Virus record (IMG/VR): IMGVR_UViG_3300028025_001549
Location: 1 to 60,465 of that record
Strand: one strand, 5' to 3'
Origin: a virus
Taxonomy: Duplodnaviria; Caudoviricetes
DNA length: 60,465 nt
The notes below the pieces were generated by a model, which saw only the letters and a program-made list of their open reading frames with translations, had not been told where the DNA came from and ran no database searches. This document shows positions 27,665 to 38,052 of the stretch, in pieces; positions within the stretch are counted from its first letter, which is position 1, and each line of letters opens with the position of its first letter. The position numbers and the translations under genes were made by a program.

Positions 27665-28032
27665 TGTTTTACGGTAAAGATACTATTGAAAAGAACTTTG
27701 ATGTTCTCCTACAGAAATTAGAACAACAAGAATTGTTTTTGTTTGAACCAATGCCATCTTATAAAGAAGGCGACCGATGGACTGACGAATTTCGTATTCG
27801 TGATGGTCATACTAAACTTGCTGATGGTTCTTGGGTTACTATTCATAAAGTAACTACTTGGGTTCAAAAGATGAAACAAGATACTATTGAAGTATATGAC
27901 AATTATCAAGATGCTCTAAGAAAGAATCGATTATTGGTTCAGAAAAATCGTGAAATGGAATATGGACTGCGAGTTGCTGGTAAAGCATTGAAGAACTCGT
28001 TGGAATTAACTAAGGAGATGATCGATGAGTGA
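27664..28032 (+). CDS. hypothetical protein
   Basis: 122 aa ORF, coupled to neighbours. Confidence 0.65.
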   Translation: MFYGKDTIEKNFDVLLQKLEQQELFLFEPMPSYKEGDRWTDEFRIRDGHTKLADGSWVTIHKVTTWVQKMKQDTIEVYDNYQDALRKNRLLVQKNREMEYGLRVAGKALKNSLELTKEMIDE

Positions 28033-28315
28033 TAAAGTATGGGTAATGGTTGATGCCATTTATACGTATCGGATGAGGTATTGTGTTGAAGCACCAAAAG
28101 ATCATCCTGAGTATGCGCTTGATGATGTAACAATGGAAACTGCTAAAGAATTTTCTCAGTTGGGTCTTGGTGAAACTATTACAAGTCATCGTGTGGTTTC
28201 AACAATGGAAGCATTAGATATGTGTGATGTTGATAATGATTATTGTAAATCTTGGACTGATGAGCAGAAGATGAATGCTTTCTTTACAAGAGAAGGTGAC
28301 AAGAGGGAATTTTAA
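28025..28315 (+). CDS. hypothetical protein
   Basis: AGGAG RBS; EFSQLGLGETI. Confidence 0.65.
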   Translation: MSDKVWVMVDAIYTYRMRYCVEAPKDHPEYALDDVTMETAKEFSQLGLGETITSHRVVSTMEALDMCDVDNDYCKSWTDEQKMNAFFTREGDKREF

Positions 28316-28884
28316 TGTTTATATTTGACGTAGAAACTCTAGGTGTTGAATCAAATGCAGTTATCCTTTCAGCTGCATTGATTCATTTCGATCCAGAGAA
28401 GCGTCCAACATATCAAGACCTGCTAGACAATGCATGTTTTGTTAAGTTGAATGCAAAGGATCAGGCGAAACGTCTTGGGAGAACTGTGGATGTTGGAACA
28501 CTTGAGTGGTGGTCTAATCAACATGAATATACTCGTAGCGTATCGTTTGATTCACAACCAACTGATATGTATGCAGAAGATGCAATCAAAGAGTTGCATA
28601 ACTATATGAACAAGTTCATTAATGCAAATGGACAGACTATGTGGGCTCGAGGTTCTCTTGATCAAATGGCAATTGACTCACTTGCTAAAAAACTTGACAT
28701 GCAACCAATTACAGGGTATAATATGTGGAGGGACGTTAGAACTGCTGTTGATTTAATGAGTGGCGGAACTAATGGTTATTGTGATGTAAACCATCCTCTA
28801 TTTGAACGAGCGCAAGTTATTAAACACCACCCTGTTCATGATTGTGCTCTTGATGCTATGATGTTAATGTATGGGAAAAACTAA
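28315..28884 (+). CDS. DEDDh 3'-5' exonuclease (DexA-like)
   Basis: FDVETLG, WARGSLD, WRDVRT, HHPVHDCALD. Confidence 0.85.
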   Translation: MFIFDVETLGVESNAVILSAALIHFDPEKRPTYQDLLDNACFVKLNAKDQAKRLGRTVDVGTLEWWSNQHEYTRSVSFDSQPTDMYAEDAIKELHNYMNKFINANGQTMWARGSLDQMAIDSLAKKLDMQPITGYNMWRDVRTAVDLMSGGTNGYCDVNHPLFERAQVIKHHPVHDCALDAMMLMYGKN

Positions 28885-29285
28885 TGTTAGAATGTTTAAT
28901 CGCAGGGGATTCAATAGCAGTTGGAATTGCCAACGTAAGAAAAGAATGCGTTTCGTACTCTAAAGGTGGAATTAATTCTTACCAATGGCTCAATAAAAAT
29001 ATTCAGAATACGCCACTTCAAGCACGTCATGTTATTATCTCGCTTGGTTCAAATGACCACAAGTATATTAAAACAGAACAAGAACTAAGAACTATTCGTC
29101 AACTTACAAATGCCCAAAGAGTTTATTGGGTAATGCCAAGCAATAAGTTTCCAAATGCACAGTCAGCAGTTTGGCATGTTGCCAATGAACATAATGATAT
29201 AATCCTTAATACTGAAAGATATCAAACAGATGGTGTGCATCCATCATGGGCAGGGTATAAAGAATTAGCTGAGAAAACAAAATAA
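28884..29285 (+). CDS. SGNH/GDSL-like hydrolase
   Basis: GDSIA, SLGSND, DGVHP. Confidence 0.8.
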   Translation: MLECLIAGDSIAVGIANVRKECVSYSKGGINSYQWLNKNIQNTPLQARHVIISLGSNDHKYIKTEQELRTIRQLTNAQRVYWVMPSNKFPNAQSAVWHVANEHNDIILNTERYQTDGVHPSWAGYKELAEKTK

Positions 29286-31771
29286 TGGAATTTTATACTT
29301 CGGTTCACCCGATTGGAGATCGAATCTTCATTCGTGGTGTTGAGAATGGTAAGCGTTACCAACGCAAACTAGATTTCTCTCCTACTCTTTATGTAACTTC
29401 AAAGAAACCCTCCAAGTGGAAGACACTGGAGGGATCATTCGTTGATGAAGTGAATCCTGGATCTATCAAAGATACCAGAGAATTCATTAAACGATATGAT
29501 GGTGTTCAGGGATTTGATGTTTACGGTAACTCAAACTATGCGTATCAATACATCAGCGATAACTATTCACATGATGTTAATTGGGATATGGAACAGATTA
29601 AGGTATTCACCATTGACATTGAAACTTCAACTGAGAATGGTTTCCCTGATATCAAATCTGCCAATGAAGAGATTCTGTTAATCACTGTCAAAGAACTATC
29701 AACTAAACGTATTATTACTTTCGGCAGTAAGACTTATGTCAATCCTCGTGAAGATGTAATCTATGTTAATTGTAAAGATGAACAAGCACTTCTTACTCAA
29801 TTCCTAGAGTTTTGGTCTAAGAGTCATCCTGATGTTATCACTGGTTGGAATACTGACTTCTTCGATATGCCATATCTTATTCGTAGGATTGAGCGTGAAC
29901 TTGGCGATGGTGAATCTAATAAACTAAGCCCATGGGGTTATGTGAATGAGCGCAAGACGTTCATCAAAGGTAATGAAGAGATTCACTACGATATCGTTGG
30001 TATCGCTCAACTAGATTATCTTGAACTTTATAAGAAATATACATATTCTAAACAGGAATCATATCGCCTTGATTATATCGCTGACCAAGAACTTGGTGAC
30101 AAGAAGAAAGTCAATCCAGGTGATTCTTTCAAAGATTTCTATACCAATCACTGGCAAGAATTCGTTGACTATAACATACATGACGTAGAGTTGGTTGACA
30201 AGTTAGAAGATAAGATGCGTCTGATTGAGTTGCATTTGACTATGGCTTACAATGCGAAAATTAATTTCGAAGATGTTTATTCTCAGGTTCGTATGTGGGA
30301 TACGATTATCTATAATCACTTGCGTAAAAAAGGTATCGTTGTTCCAGCAAAGTCTTACTCTGGTAAAGATTCTCAGTTCGAAGGTGCTTATGTTAAAGAT
30401 CCTATCATTGGTCTACATAAATGGATGGCATCCTTTGACTTGAACTCATTGTACCCTCACTTGATCATGCAGTATAACATTAGTCCTGAGACTTTGACAT
30501 CTGAAAAGATTAGTGTCACTGTTGACAAACTACTCAATCAAGAGATTGATACTACATATGTTAAGCAACGAGATCTTGCGCTAACTGCCAACGGCTGGAC
30601 TTATACCAAAGAGTTCAAAGGGTTTATGCCTGAGTTGATGGAACAGATGTATAAGAATCGTTCTAAGTTTAAGAAACAGATGCTTGTTATTCAGCAAGAG
30701 TATGAGAAAGATAAGTCCAAGAAACACTTGTTGAAAGATATCTCTCGTCTTAATAATCTGCAGATGGCAATGAAGATTGCTCTTAACTCTGCTTATGGTG
30801 CGATGGGTAATCAGTATTTCCGATACTTTGATATCCGTATGGCTGAGGGTATTACTACGTCAGGTCAGTTGTCTATTCGTTGGATGGCAAACAAGTTAAA
30901 TGCATTTATGAATAAAACTCTCAAGACTGAGGGTAAGGATTACGTTGTTGCGATTGATACTGACTCAATTTATCTTACTCTTGAAACTCTAGTTGAGAAG
31001 ATGTGTGAAGGTAAAACTGACGAACAGAAGATTAGGTTTATGGACAAGATCTGTGAAGATGTTTTTCAACCATTCATTGATAGTGGGTATCAAGAACTGG
31101 CTGATTATATGAATGCGTATAGTCAGAAGATGCAGATGAAGCGTGAGGTTCTGGCTGACAAAGGTATCTGGACTGCTAAGAAACGATACATTCTTAATGT
31201 TCATAACTCAGAAGGTGTTCAGTATGAGAAACCAAAGATTAAAGTTATGGGTCTTGAGATGGTCAAGTCTTCTACACCAGCGGTCATTCGTGACAAGTTG
31301 CGAGATTCAATTGAGGTTATTCTTAGAGGTAATCAAGCCGATCTTCAGAACTATATCATGGAATTCCGTAAAGAGTTTGATAAACTTCCCGTTGAAGAGA
31401 TTGCGTTTCCTCGTGGCGTGAATGGTATGAAACAGTACGCTGGTTCACCTATCTATTCTAAGGGTACACCAATTCATGTTCGTGGTGCGTTGTTGTTTAA
31501 TCACTACACTAAGAAGATGGGACTTGATAAAAAGTATCAACCAATTCGGGATGGTGATAAGATTAGATTTGTCTATGTTCGTAAACCTAATAAATTCCAA
31601 GAAGATGTTATTGCGTTTAGTCAAGAGTTGCCACCAGAGTTTGAATTGCACTCCTACATAGATTATGACAAGATGTTTGAAAAAGTATTTACTGATGCTC
31701 TTCAAATTATTATTGGTTCGCTTGGTTGGTCTACTTCCGAGCAAAGTTCATTGGAGGATTTCTTTGGCTAA
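29285..31771 (+). CDS. 43: family B DNA polymerase gp43
   Basis: DIET exonuclease, SFDLNSLYP, KIALNSAYG, DTDS, KKRY; C-terminal SLEDFFG. Confidence 0.98.
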   Translation: MEFYTSVHPIGDRIFIRGVENGKRYQRKLDFSPTLYVTSKKPSKWKTLEGSFVDEVNPGSIKDTREFIKRYDGVQGFDVYGNSNYAYQYISDNYSHDVNWDMEQIKVFTIDIETSTENGFPDIKSANEEILLITVKELSTKRIITFGSKTYVNPREDVIYVNCKDEQALLTQFLEFWSKSHPDVITGWNTDFFDMPYLIRRIERELGDGESNKLSPWGYVNERKTFIKGNEEIHYDIVGIAQLDYLELYKKYTYSKQESYRLDYIADQELGDKKKVNPGDSFKDFYTNHWQEFVDYNIHDVELVDKLEDKMRLIELHLTMAYNAKINFEDVYSQVRMWDTIIYNHLRKKGIVVPAKSYSGKDSQFEGAYVKDPIIGLHKWMASFDLNSLYPHLIMQYNISPETLTSEKISVTVDKLLNQEIDTTYVKQRDLALTANGWTYTKEFKGFMPELMEQMYKNRSKFKKQMLVIQQEYEKDKSKKHLLKDISRLNNLQMAMKIALNSAYGAMGNQYFRYFDIRMAEGITTSGQLSIRWMANKLNAFMNKTLKTEGKDYVVAIDTDSIYLTLETLVEKMCEGKTDEQKIRFMDKICEDVFQPFIDSGYQELADYMNAYSQKMQMKREVLADKGIWTAKKRYILNVHNSEGVQYEKPKIKVMGLEMVKSSTPAVIRDKLRDSIEVILRGNQADLQNYIMEFRKEFDKLPVEEIAFPRGVNGMKQYAGSPIYSKGTPIHVRGALLFNHYTKKMGLDKKYQPIRDGDKIRFVYVRKPNKFQEDVIAFSQELPPEFELHSYIDYDKMFEKVFTDALQIIIGSLGWSTSEQSSLEDFFG

Positions 31772-32312
31772 TATCCGTATCATTAAAACTGGAATCAATG
31801 TTTCAAAGATAGTGAAACAATTGAAAGAACACCCAACTGATTGGGGTTCACAAAAGAATATAGAGAATGTAGGTTCTTTAATTGATAGAGGGTTTGCTGA
31901 TTTACCAGTAGATGCATTACAATTAGTTATGGGTAGTGTACAAAAAGCAGAAGACTTTGTTGGGGATAGTGAGATGTGTATTCCAACTCCTGCCATAAAT
32001 CATCATACTGAAGTTGTAAGTTTTATGAAACGTAATTTCAAGAAGTTCAGTCGTTGTGGATTCCTTTCTCTTCCAATTGGAGGTCATGTTGGGTTGCACA
32101 TTGATGAAGGAACTTACTATCTTACACGAGATCGTTATCATCTATCCATTTTAGGAAGATATAGATATTTTGTAGGCGATGAGTATGTAGATGTTGAACC
32201 TGGAACATTACTTTGGTTCAACAATAAGTTAAAGCACGGAACTGAGAACACTGGCGATTGCACAAGGATTACATTTGTCTTTGATGTTCCACATTCGAAA
32301 AATAATCCATGA
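31764..32312 (+). CDS. Asp/Asn beta-hydroxylase-like 2OG-Fe(II) oxygenase
   Basis: HIDEG, RYHLSI, WFNNKLKHG, RITFVFD; probable TTG start 31764. Confidence 0.8.
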   Translation: MANIRIIKTGINVSKIVKQLKEHPTDWGSQKNIENVGSLIDRGFADLPVDALQLVMGSVQKAEDFVGDSEMCIPTPAINHHTEVVSFMKRNFKKFSRCGFLSLPIGGHVGLHIDEGTYYLTRDRYHLSILGRYRYFVGDEYVDVEPGTLLWFNNKLKHGTENTGDCTRITFVFDVPHSKNNP

Positions 32313-32974
32313 TACATTTAAATTTCCCTTCAAATTCTCCAATGCTACCTGCGTTTGATATTGCTCTACATAATAGTTCTATTGATATAGAAAATTGTCA
32401 ACAATTAGTAAAAGTAGTTCTTAAAGAACAACCGAATATTATTGCAATTAAGTCTAGTAATCCTAACGATGATCCTAACTGGATAACAGGTAAACTATGG
32501 TCATATAACTTTTTAGATTTTGATTATCCATGTGTGCGTTATCTAGAGAAGTTTATATATCAAAAATACTTAGAGTATGCATTATTTTGTAGTATTGATT
32601 CATCTAAACCAGTATATGTTCAATGTTGGGTTAATATCATTAACAATGATGGAAGAAATATTACACGACACCATCACGCTAATGCGCATGGGGAAGCCCC
32701 AGCAGAGTATTCTTATATCTCAGGGAATATAGCCTTACAGACAGAAAACACAAGCACATTTTTTGCACATCCTATATCGCAAACTAATATATACCGAGGT
32801 ATTCCAAATATAAATGGTGAGTTGATTTTATTCCCATCATTTATGGTTCATTGGACGTCAAAAAATTTATCAGATATGCCAAGGATAACAATTTCATTTG
32901 ATATTATAACAGAAGAAGTTTATAATATGGTAGAAAACACTAATTACAGATTACTTACGAAAGGGAATATATGA
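32309..32974 (+). CDS. putative 2OG-Fe(II) oxygenase
   Basis: WVNI, HHH, ISGNI, LILFPSFMVH, RITISFD. Confidence 0.78.
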   Translation: MIHLNFPSNSPMLPAFDIALHNSSIDIENCQQLVKVVLKEQPNIIAIKSSNPNDDPNWITGKLWSYNFLDFDYPCVRYLEKFIYQKYLEYALFCSIDSSKPVYVQCWVNIINNDGRNITRHHHANAHGEAPAEYSYISGNIALQTENTSTFFAHPISQTNIYRGIPNINGELILFPSFMVHWTSKNLSDMPRITISFDIITEEVYNMVENTNYRLLTKGNI

Positions 32975-33222
32975 AAGTTTTGAAATTTTACGCTGAGTGG
33001 TGCGGTCCATGTAAAGGACTTAGCATGGTTATTAAAGGTGCTGGTGATAAAATTAAAATTCCAATTGAAGAACTGGATATTGATAATGAGATGATGACAT
33101 CAATTGAGTATGGTGTTCGTTCTGTCCCTACTATGATTCTTATCGATGAACATGGAACTGAAGTGAAACGACACGTTGGTACATTAAATGAAGAGCAATT
33201 ACTCACTTTCCTAAAGGTATAA
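32971..33222 (+). CDS. thioredoxin
   Basis: FYAEWCGPCK, GVRSVPT. Confidence 0.93.
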   Translation: MKVLKFYAEWCGPCKGLSMVIKGAGDKIKIPIEELDIDNEMMTSIEYGVRSVPTMILIDEHGTEVKRHVGTLNEEQLLTFLKV

Positions 33223-33223
33223 T

Positions 33224-34297
33224 ATGGCAAGCATCCTAGACAAAATTAAAAAGAATTCTACAATCAAAGACTCTGCGATTCTTTCTGAATCAAAGTTCTT
33301 TAAGAAGAAGGATATGATTCCAACTTCTGTTCCAATCATCAATGTGGCTTTGTCTGGTCGTCTTGATGGTGGATTGACTCCAGGTATCACTATGTGGGCT
33401 GGTCCATCGAAACACTTTAAAACTGCTTTCAGTTTACTGATGGCAAAATCTTATCTTGACAAATATCCAGATGCTGCTTTACTTTTTTACGATTCTGAGT
33501 TCGGTACTCCTCAGTCTTACTTTGATACTTTCGGGATTGACACATCCAGAGTTGTTCATACTCCACTTACCGATGTAGAACAATTGAAGTTTGACATCAT
33601 GCAACAACTATCTGAGGTTGAGCGTGGTGATCACCTAATTATTGTTATTGACTCAATTGGTAATCTGGCTTCTAAGAAAGAAGTTGATGATGCCATGGAA
33701 GGTAAGTCTGTTGGTGATATGACTCGAGCAAAACAATTAAAGAGTTTGTTCCGTATGGTTACACCACATCTTAACTTGAAAGATATTCCGCTGGTTGTTG
33801 TTAATCACACCTACATGGAAATTGGTATGTTCCCCAAAGCAATCGTTGGTGGTGGCACTGGTGCAATGTATTCTGCAGATAACGTATACATTCTTGGTCG
33901 TCAGCAAGAGAAAGAAGGAACAGAGATTGTAGGTTACAACTTTATTATCAACGTAGAGAAGAGTCGTTATGTCAAAGAAAAATCCAAAATCCCTGTTAGT
34001 GTATCTTTTGATGGTGGTCTATCTAAGTGGTCTGGTCTACTTGACGTGGCACTTGAGTCAGGACATGTCATCAAGCCATCGAATGGTTGGTACCAAAAAG
34101 TAAACAAAGAAACTGGTGAGATTGAAGACAAGAAACATCGTATTAAAGATACGGACTCCAAAGAGTTTTGGTTGTCAATTCTTACAAGCAAGTCTTTCTA
34201 CGATTTTATCAAGAACAAATATTCAATTGGTCAAGGTGAAGTAATGATGCGTGATGATCTTGATGAAGCACTTGAGGCTCTAGAATTCGATGAGTGA
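33224..34297 (+). CDS. uvsX: RecA-like recombinase UvsX
   Basis: AGPSKHFKT, YDSEFG, DSIGNLASKKE, GGGTG. Confidence 0.96.
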   Translation: MASILDKIKKNSTIKDSAILSESKFFKKKDMIPTSVPIINVALSGRLDGGLTPGITMWAGPSKHFKTAFSLLMAKSYLDKYPDAALLFYDSEFGTPQSYFDTFGIDTSRVVHTPLTDVEQLKFDIMQQLSEVERGDHLIIVIDSIGNLASKKEVDDAMEGKSVGDMTRAKQLKSLFRMVTPHLNLKDIPLVVVNHTYMEIGMFPKAIVGGGTGAMYSADNVYILGRQQEKEGTEIVGYNFIINVEKSRYVKEKSKIPVSVSFDGGLSKWSGLLDVALESGHVIKPSNGWYQKVNKETGEIEDKKHRIKDTDSKEFWLSILTSKSFYDFIKNKYSIGQGEVMMRDDLDEALEALEFDE

Positions 34298-34586
34298 ACA
34301 TCTTGCGAAACCTCCATTCGTTGTAGTTGAGAATCGCAAAACAGGAGTTGACGCAATAAAGTTGACTTCTGGACCGTATTCAGGTATAATTTATACTTAC
34401 GGTAAAGTGAAGTTTGATGAACAAGATGATGGTACTTGCAAACTTTGCTTTGAGTATGACGTCATAGAAAATGAACAAGAGTATGTTGCTGAAGAGTTTG
34501 AACACTACATCGGCGACTTGCTTCAGTTTATTATGATGGACCAACTACAGAAAAACAATATTACTTACACTGGCGGAACTGAATGA
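34290..34586 (+). CDS. hypothetical protein at the gp40 position
   Basis: Between uvsX and 41; GIIYTYGKVKF. Confidence 0.6.
   Translation: MSEHLAKPPFVVVENRKTGVDAIKLTSGPYSGIIYTYGKVKFDEQDDGTCKLCFEYDVIENEQEYVAEEFEHYIGDLLQFIMMDQLQKNNITYTGGTE
34362..34390 (+). promoter_or_regulatory. sigma70-type promoter upstream of gene 41
   Basis: TTGACT-N17-TATAAT. Confidence 0.65.
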
Positions 34587-35977
34587 GAATTGAAACAAAG
34601 ATTTTAAGTAATCTTGTATATGATGAACAGTATTGTCGTAAAGTAATTCCCTTTATTAGAACTGATTATTTCTCTGAACGAAAAGAAGCAATCCTTTCTA
34701 AGATTATTGTGGAGTTCTTTACGAAGTATAACAAACCATTAACAAAAGAGATCCTATCAATTGAGGTAGGAAACCGAACTGATATCAACGACAAAGAACT
34801 TGCTGAGATTAATAGTTATGTAGATACAATGACTCACGAAGAAGTTAATGAGTCATGGATGTTGGAACAAACAGAAAAGTTCTGTAAAGATAAGGCAGTC
34901 TATAATGCAATTCTACACTCGATCCGAATCATTGATGGCGGAGATAAAGTTAACACCAAGGATTCCATTCCTTCTATCCTTTCTGATGCTCTTGCCATCT
35001 CTTTCGATAATCACGTTGGCCACGATTACATCGAAGACAGCGATGCACGTTATGACTACTATCACCGAGTTGAAGAAAAGGTTCCATTCGATCTAGACAT
35101 GTTTAACAAAATCACCAAAGGTGGTTTGTCCAAGAAAACTCTTAACATTGTTTTGGCTGGTACTGGTGTTGGTAAGTCTTTGTTTATGTGTCACGTTGCA
35201 GCTGGAGTATTGACTCAGGGTAAGAACGTGCTTTACATTACTATGGAAATGGCTGAGGAACGTATCGCTGAACGTATCGATGCGAACTTGTTGAACCTTA
35301 CCATGGATGAGTTGAAAGTTATTGATAAAGATATCTTTGATAATCGTATCAAGAAGATCTCTAGTAAGACGCAAGGTAAGTTAATCGTTAAAGAATACCC
35401 AACTGCTGGCGCACATGCTGGTCACTTTAGAGCATTGCTTGAAGAGTTGAAGTTGAAGCGTGAGTTTCTTCCTGATATTATCTTCATTGACTATCTGAAT
35501 ATTTGCGCAAGTCAGCGAATGAAGCAAGGTGGAAGTATTAACTCTTATACATATATTAAGTCCATCGCTGAAGAGTTGCGTGGTTTGGCAGTAGAATATA
35601 ATGTTCCGATTGTTTCAGCCACACAAACTACTCGAAGTGGATTTACAAATAGCGATCCAGGTTTGGAAGATACTTCTGAATCATTTGGATTACCTGCCAC
35701 TGCTGACTTAATGTTTGCGTTAGTTTCAAATGAAGAACTTGAACAGTTGAATCAAATTATTGTAAAGCAATTGAAGAATCGTTATAATGATCCTAGTTTT
35801 TATAAGAGATTTGTTATTGGTGTTGATAGAGCAAAGATGAAGTTATATGATGTTGAAGCGTCTGCTCAAGTAGGTTTATCTGATTCTGGTCAAGTTCAAG
35901 ATGATGTACCTATGTTTGATAAGAGCGAATTTGGTAAACGACAAAAAGCAGAAGCATTCAGTGGGTTTAAGTTTTAG
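34583..35977 (+). CDS. 41: replicative helicase gp41
   Basis: AGTGVGKS, ITMEMAE, IDYLNIC, SATQTTR, SESFGLP. Confidence 0.97.
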   Translation: MRIETKILSNLVYDEQYCRKVIPFIRTDYFSERKEAILSKIIVEFFTKYNKPLTKEILSIEVGNRTDINDKELAEINSYVDTMTHEEVNESWMLEQTEKFCKDKAVYNAILHSIRIIDGGDKVNTKDSIPSILSDALAISFDNHVGHDYIEDSDARYDYYHRVEEKVPFDLDMFNKITKGGLSKKTLNIVLAGTGVGKSLFMCHVAAGVLTQGKNVLYITMEMAEERIAERIDANLLNLTMDELKVIDKDIFDNRIKKISSKTQGKLIVKEYPTAGAHAGHFRALLEELKLKREFLPDIIFIDYLNICASQRMKQGGSINSYTYIKSIAEELRGLAVEYNVPIVSATQTTRSGFTNSDPGLEDTSESFGLPATADLMFALVSNEELEQLNQIIVKQLKNRYNDPSFYKRFVIGVDRAKMKLYDVEASAQVGLSDSGQVQDDVPMFDKSEFGKRQKAEAFSGFKF

Positions 35978-35986
35978 GAGAATAAT

Positions 35987-37348
35987 ATGGTAAAAGTAAT
36001 TGTAGCTGAAAAGAAAATTGATTGCTCACATTTGTTGGGTAAATTTGTTGATGAATCACATTATGATATTCTTGTTGAAGAAGATTGTGATGTTTACGCA
36101 CCACCAAACTGCGACCTAGCAACTCAAGCTGAGTGTAATGTTCCAAAAGATTGCGGGACTTGTGCCACAGGCGCAGACGAACACCGAATTGTATTTAAAT
36201 TCCGTAAAAACTATTTTAGTAAAGAACAACAAGATGCAGCATACGCTGGACTTAGAGAAGCAGCTATTCGCACAGAGAATCGTGGACTTGCTTCTGGTAT
36301 CAAAGATGGCATTGTTGCCACTTCAGAAGGTCGTGAGTGGGTTACCAACTACCAACAAGAAATGATGGAGCAGTTGATCAAGAATCGTAACTCATCTCTT
36401 GACAACGAAGACGTCATTGAAACTATCCGTGGAAAGTATCCACGTGAAGTAGATAAGAAAATGGCTGGTGGTAGCGGTAAGAATAACGTATGGGTCATCT
36501 CACGTTTCCGTGGTAAGTTTGATTTCGAAGCATGGTTGGATTCTATCAAACCAATGAATCGTCAAGAACGAGCAACTGCCACTGAAGAAGTATTGAAGAT
36601 GGTAAGTACCACTACCTATGGCACTGCAGTTAATTCTGGTATTGCTGGTTGGTTCGATCGTTATCCACGCATTCCTTATGGTCGTGCTACTTCTTATACA
36701 CGTGATAATCCAGAGAAGTTTGCTATGGCATATCCATTCTTACAAAATCTTGCCAAAGGTTTTAAAGATCTCCTGCCATGGCGTTATAATAATCAAATGC
36801 AAGCTGCAGAGAAACTAGACCCACGTTTCTTGGTTCCTGGAACTCCATTCACAACTATCACTGTGAACAAAACATTCCGAACTGCAGCCCACTATGACGC
36901 TGGTGATTTAAATACTGGTCTATCTAATCTATTGACTTTGTCAAATGACGGTAATTATACTGGCGGATATTTGATTGCTCCAGAATATCGTGTTGCGGTA
37001 AACGTAAGACCTGGAGATTTGTTATTGATTAACAACCATGAAGTTATGCATGGTAATACTGAAATCAAATGTGCTGAAGGTTCTGAGCGTGTATCATTGG
37101 TATGTTATTTCCGTGAGAAGATGCTAGAACTTGGGTCACATGAATATGAAGACACTCGCTATAACTTTGTTGAATCGCGTAGACTAAACAAAGAACATCC
37201 ACTTTGGAAACCCCTGTGGAATGGTGTATCTGAATCTATGTGGGACAGCCAAGAATGGTATGACTATTGTGAAGACAAACTTGGTCGCGAAGAGTTAATG
37301 AAGTATCACCCAGAAGCCAATGCTTCTTCACTAGAAAGTTTCTTCTGA
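35987..37348 (+). CDS. TET/JBP-family 2OG-Fe(II) dioxygenase (5-methylpyrimidine oxidase)
   Basis: SGIAGWFDR, FTTITVN..FRTAAHYDAGD (HxD), HGNT (distal His), RVSLVCYFRE (2OG-binding Arg). Confidence 0.82.
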   Translation: MVKVIVAEKKIDCSHLLGKFVDESHYDILVEEDCDVYAPPNCDLATQAECNVPKDCGTCATGADEHRIVFKFRKNYFSKEQQDAAYAGLREAAIRTENRGLASGIKDGIVATSEGREWVTNYQQEMMEQLIKNRNSSLDNEDVIETIRGKYPREVDKKMAGGSGKNNVWVISRFRGKFDFEAWLDSIKPMNRQERATATEEVLKMVSTTTYGTAVNSGIAGWFDRYPRIPYGRATSYTRDNPEKFAMAYPFLQNLAKGFKDLLPWRYNNQMQAAEKLDPRFLVPGTPFTTITVNKTFRTAAHYDAGDLNTGLSNLLTLSNDGNYTGGYLIAPEYRVAVNVRPGDLLLINNHEVMHGNTEIKCAEGSERVSLVCYFREKMLELGSHEYEDTRYNFVESRRLNKEHPLWKPLWNGVSESMWDSQEWYDYCEDKLGREELMKYHPEANASSLESFF

Positions 37349-38052
37349 TGTGTTCAGTCATTGGTGCTTTGATTCAGAATCCTACTTCAAAAGATTTTGA
37401 AACTATCCGTAAGGTATTCCTTGAGTCTAAGATTCGAGGAATGCACGCAACAGGTATGTCTGTCATTTATAATGGTAAGGTTCTAACATTCAAAGAGCCA
37501 GTTCCTGCTGATAGATTTGTGCATTTAGATGATTTAGAGGAGATGGTTAATGATGACGGTAATCTTTACCTTATTGGTCACTGTAGATATTCTACTAGCG
37601 ATTTATTGTATAACCAGCCGATAGCAAATGAAGAACACTCTATTGTTCACAATGGGGTTATTACTCAAGAACTAGCAGAGAACTGGGATAAGTTATTCAA
37701 CTACAAATGTGAAACAAAGAATGATTCTGAATTAGTATTACATTCTGATTCACCTCTTGAAGAATATACTGATGCATCAATGGCTGTTTGTGAACTAACT
37801 GTGGATAAGAAACTTCTTGCATATCGTAACGGTAAGCGTCCATTATACTTGACTTCTTTAGTGAATGGCGTTATAATTACTTCTACTGCGGATATTCCTA
37901 AACGTGCAGGTATTAAAATGCCAGCAGTTGAGATTCCAATGAATACATATATTACATTTGATGAACGTATGACAATGAATGTTCAAGTTGTTCAAACAAC
38001 AAAAACTGATTTACAAAAGGTAGATTATGAATCTCAAACCATATCCAACTGA
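37348..38052 (+). CDS. class II (Ntn) glutamine amidotransferase
   Basis: N-terminal Met-Cys, RG.HATG, GHCRYST, NQP, HNG, NDSE, RPL. Confidence 0.87.
   Translation: MCSVIGALIQNPTSKDFETIRKVFLESKIRGMHATGMSVIYNGKVLTFKEPVPADRFVHLDDLEEMVNDDGNLYLIGHCRYSTSDLLYNQPIANEEHSIVHNGVITQELAENWDKLFNYKCETKNDSELVLHSDSPLEEYTDASMAVCELTVDKKLLAYRNGKRPLYLTSLVNGVIITSTADIPKRAGIKMPAVEIPMNTYITFDERMTMNVQVVQTTKTDLQKVDYESQTISN
37849..37877 (+). promoter_or_regulatory. internal sigma70-type promoter upstream of the amidoligase
   Basis: TTGACT-N17-TATAAT. Confidence 0.55.
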
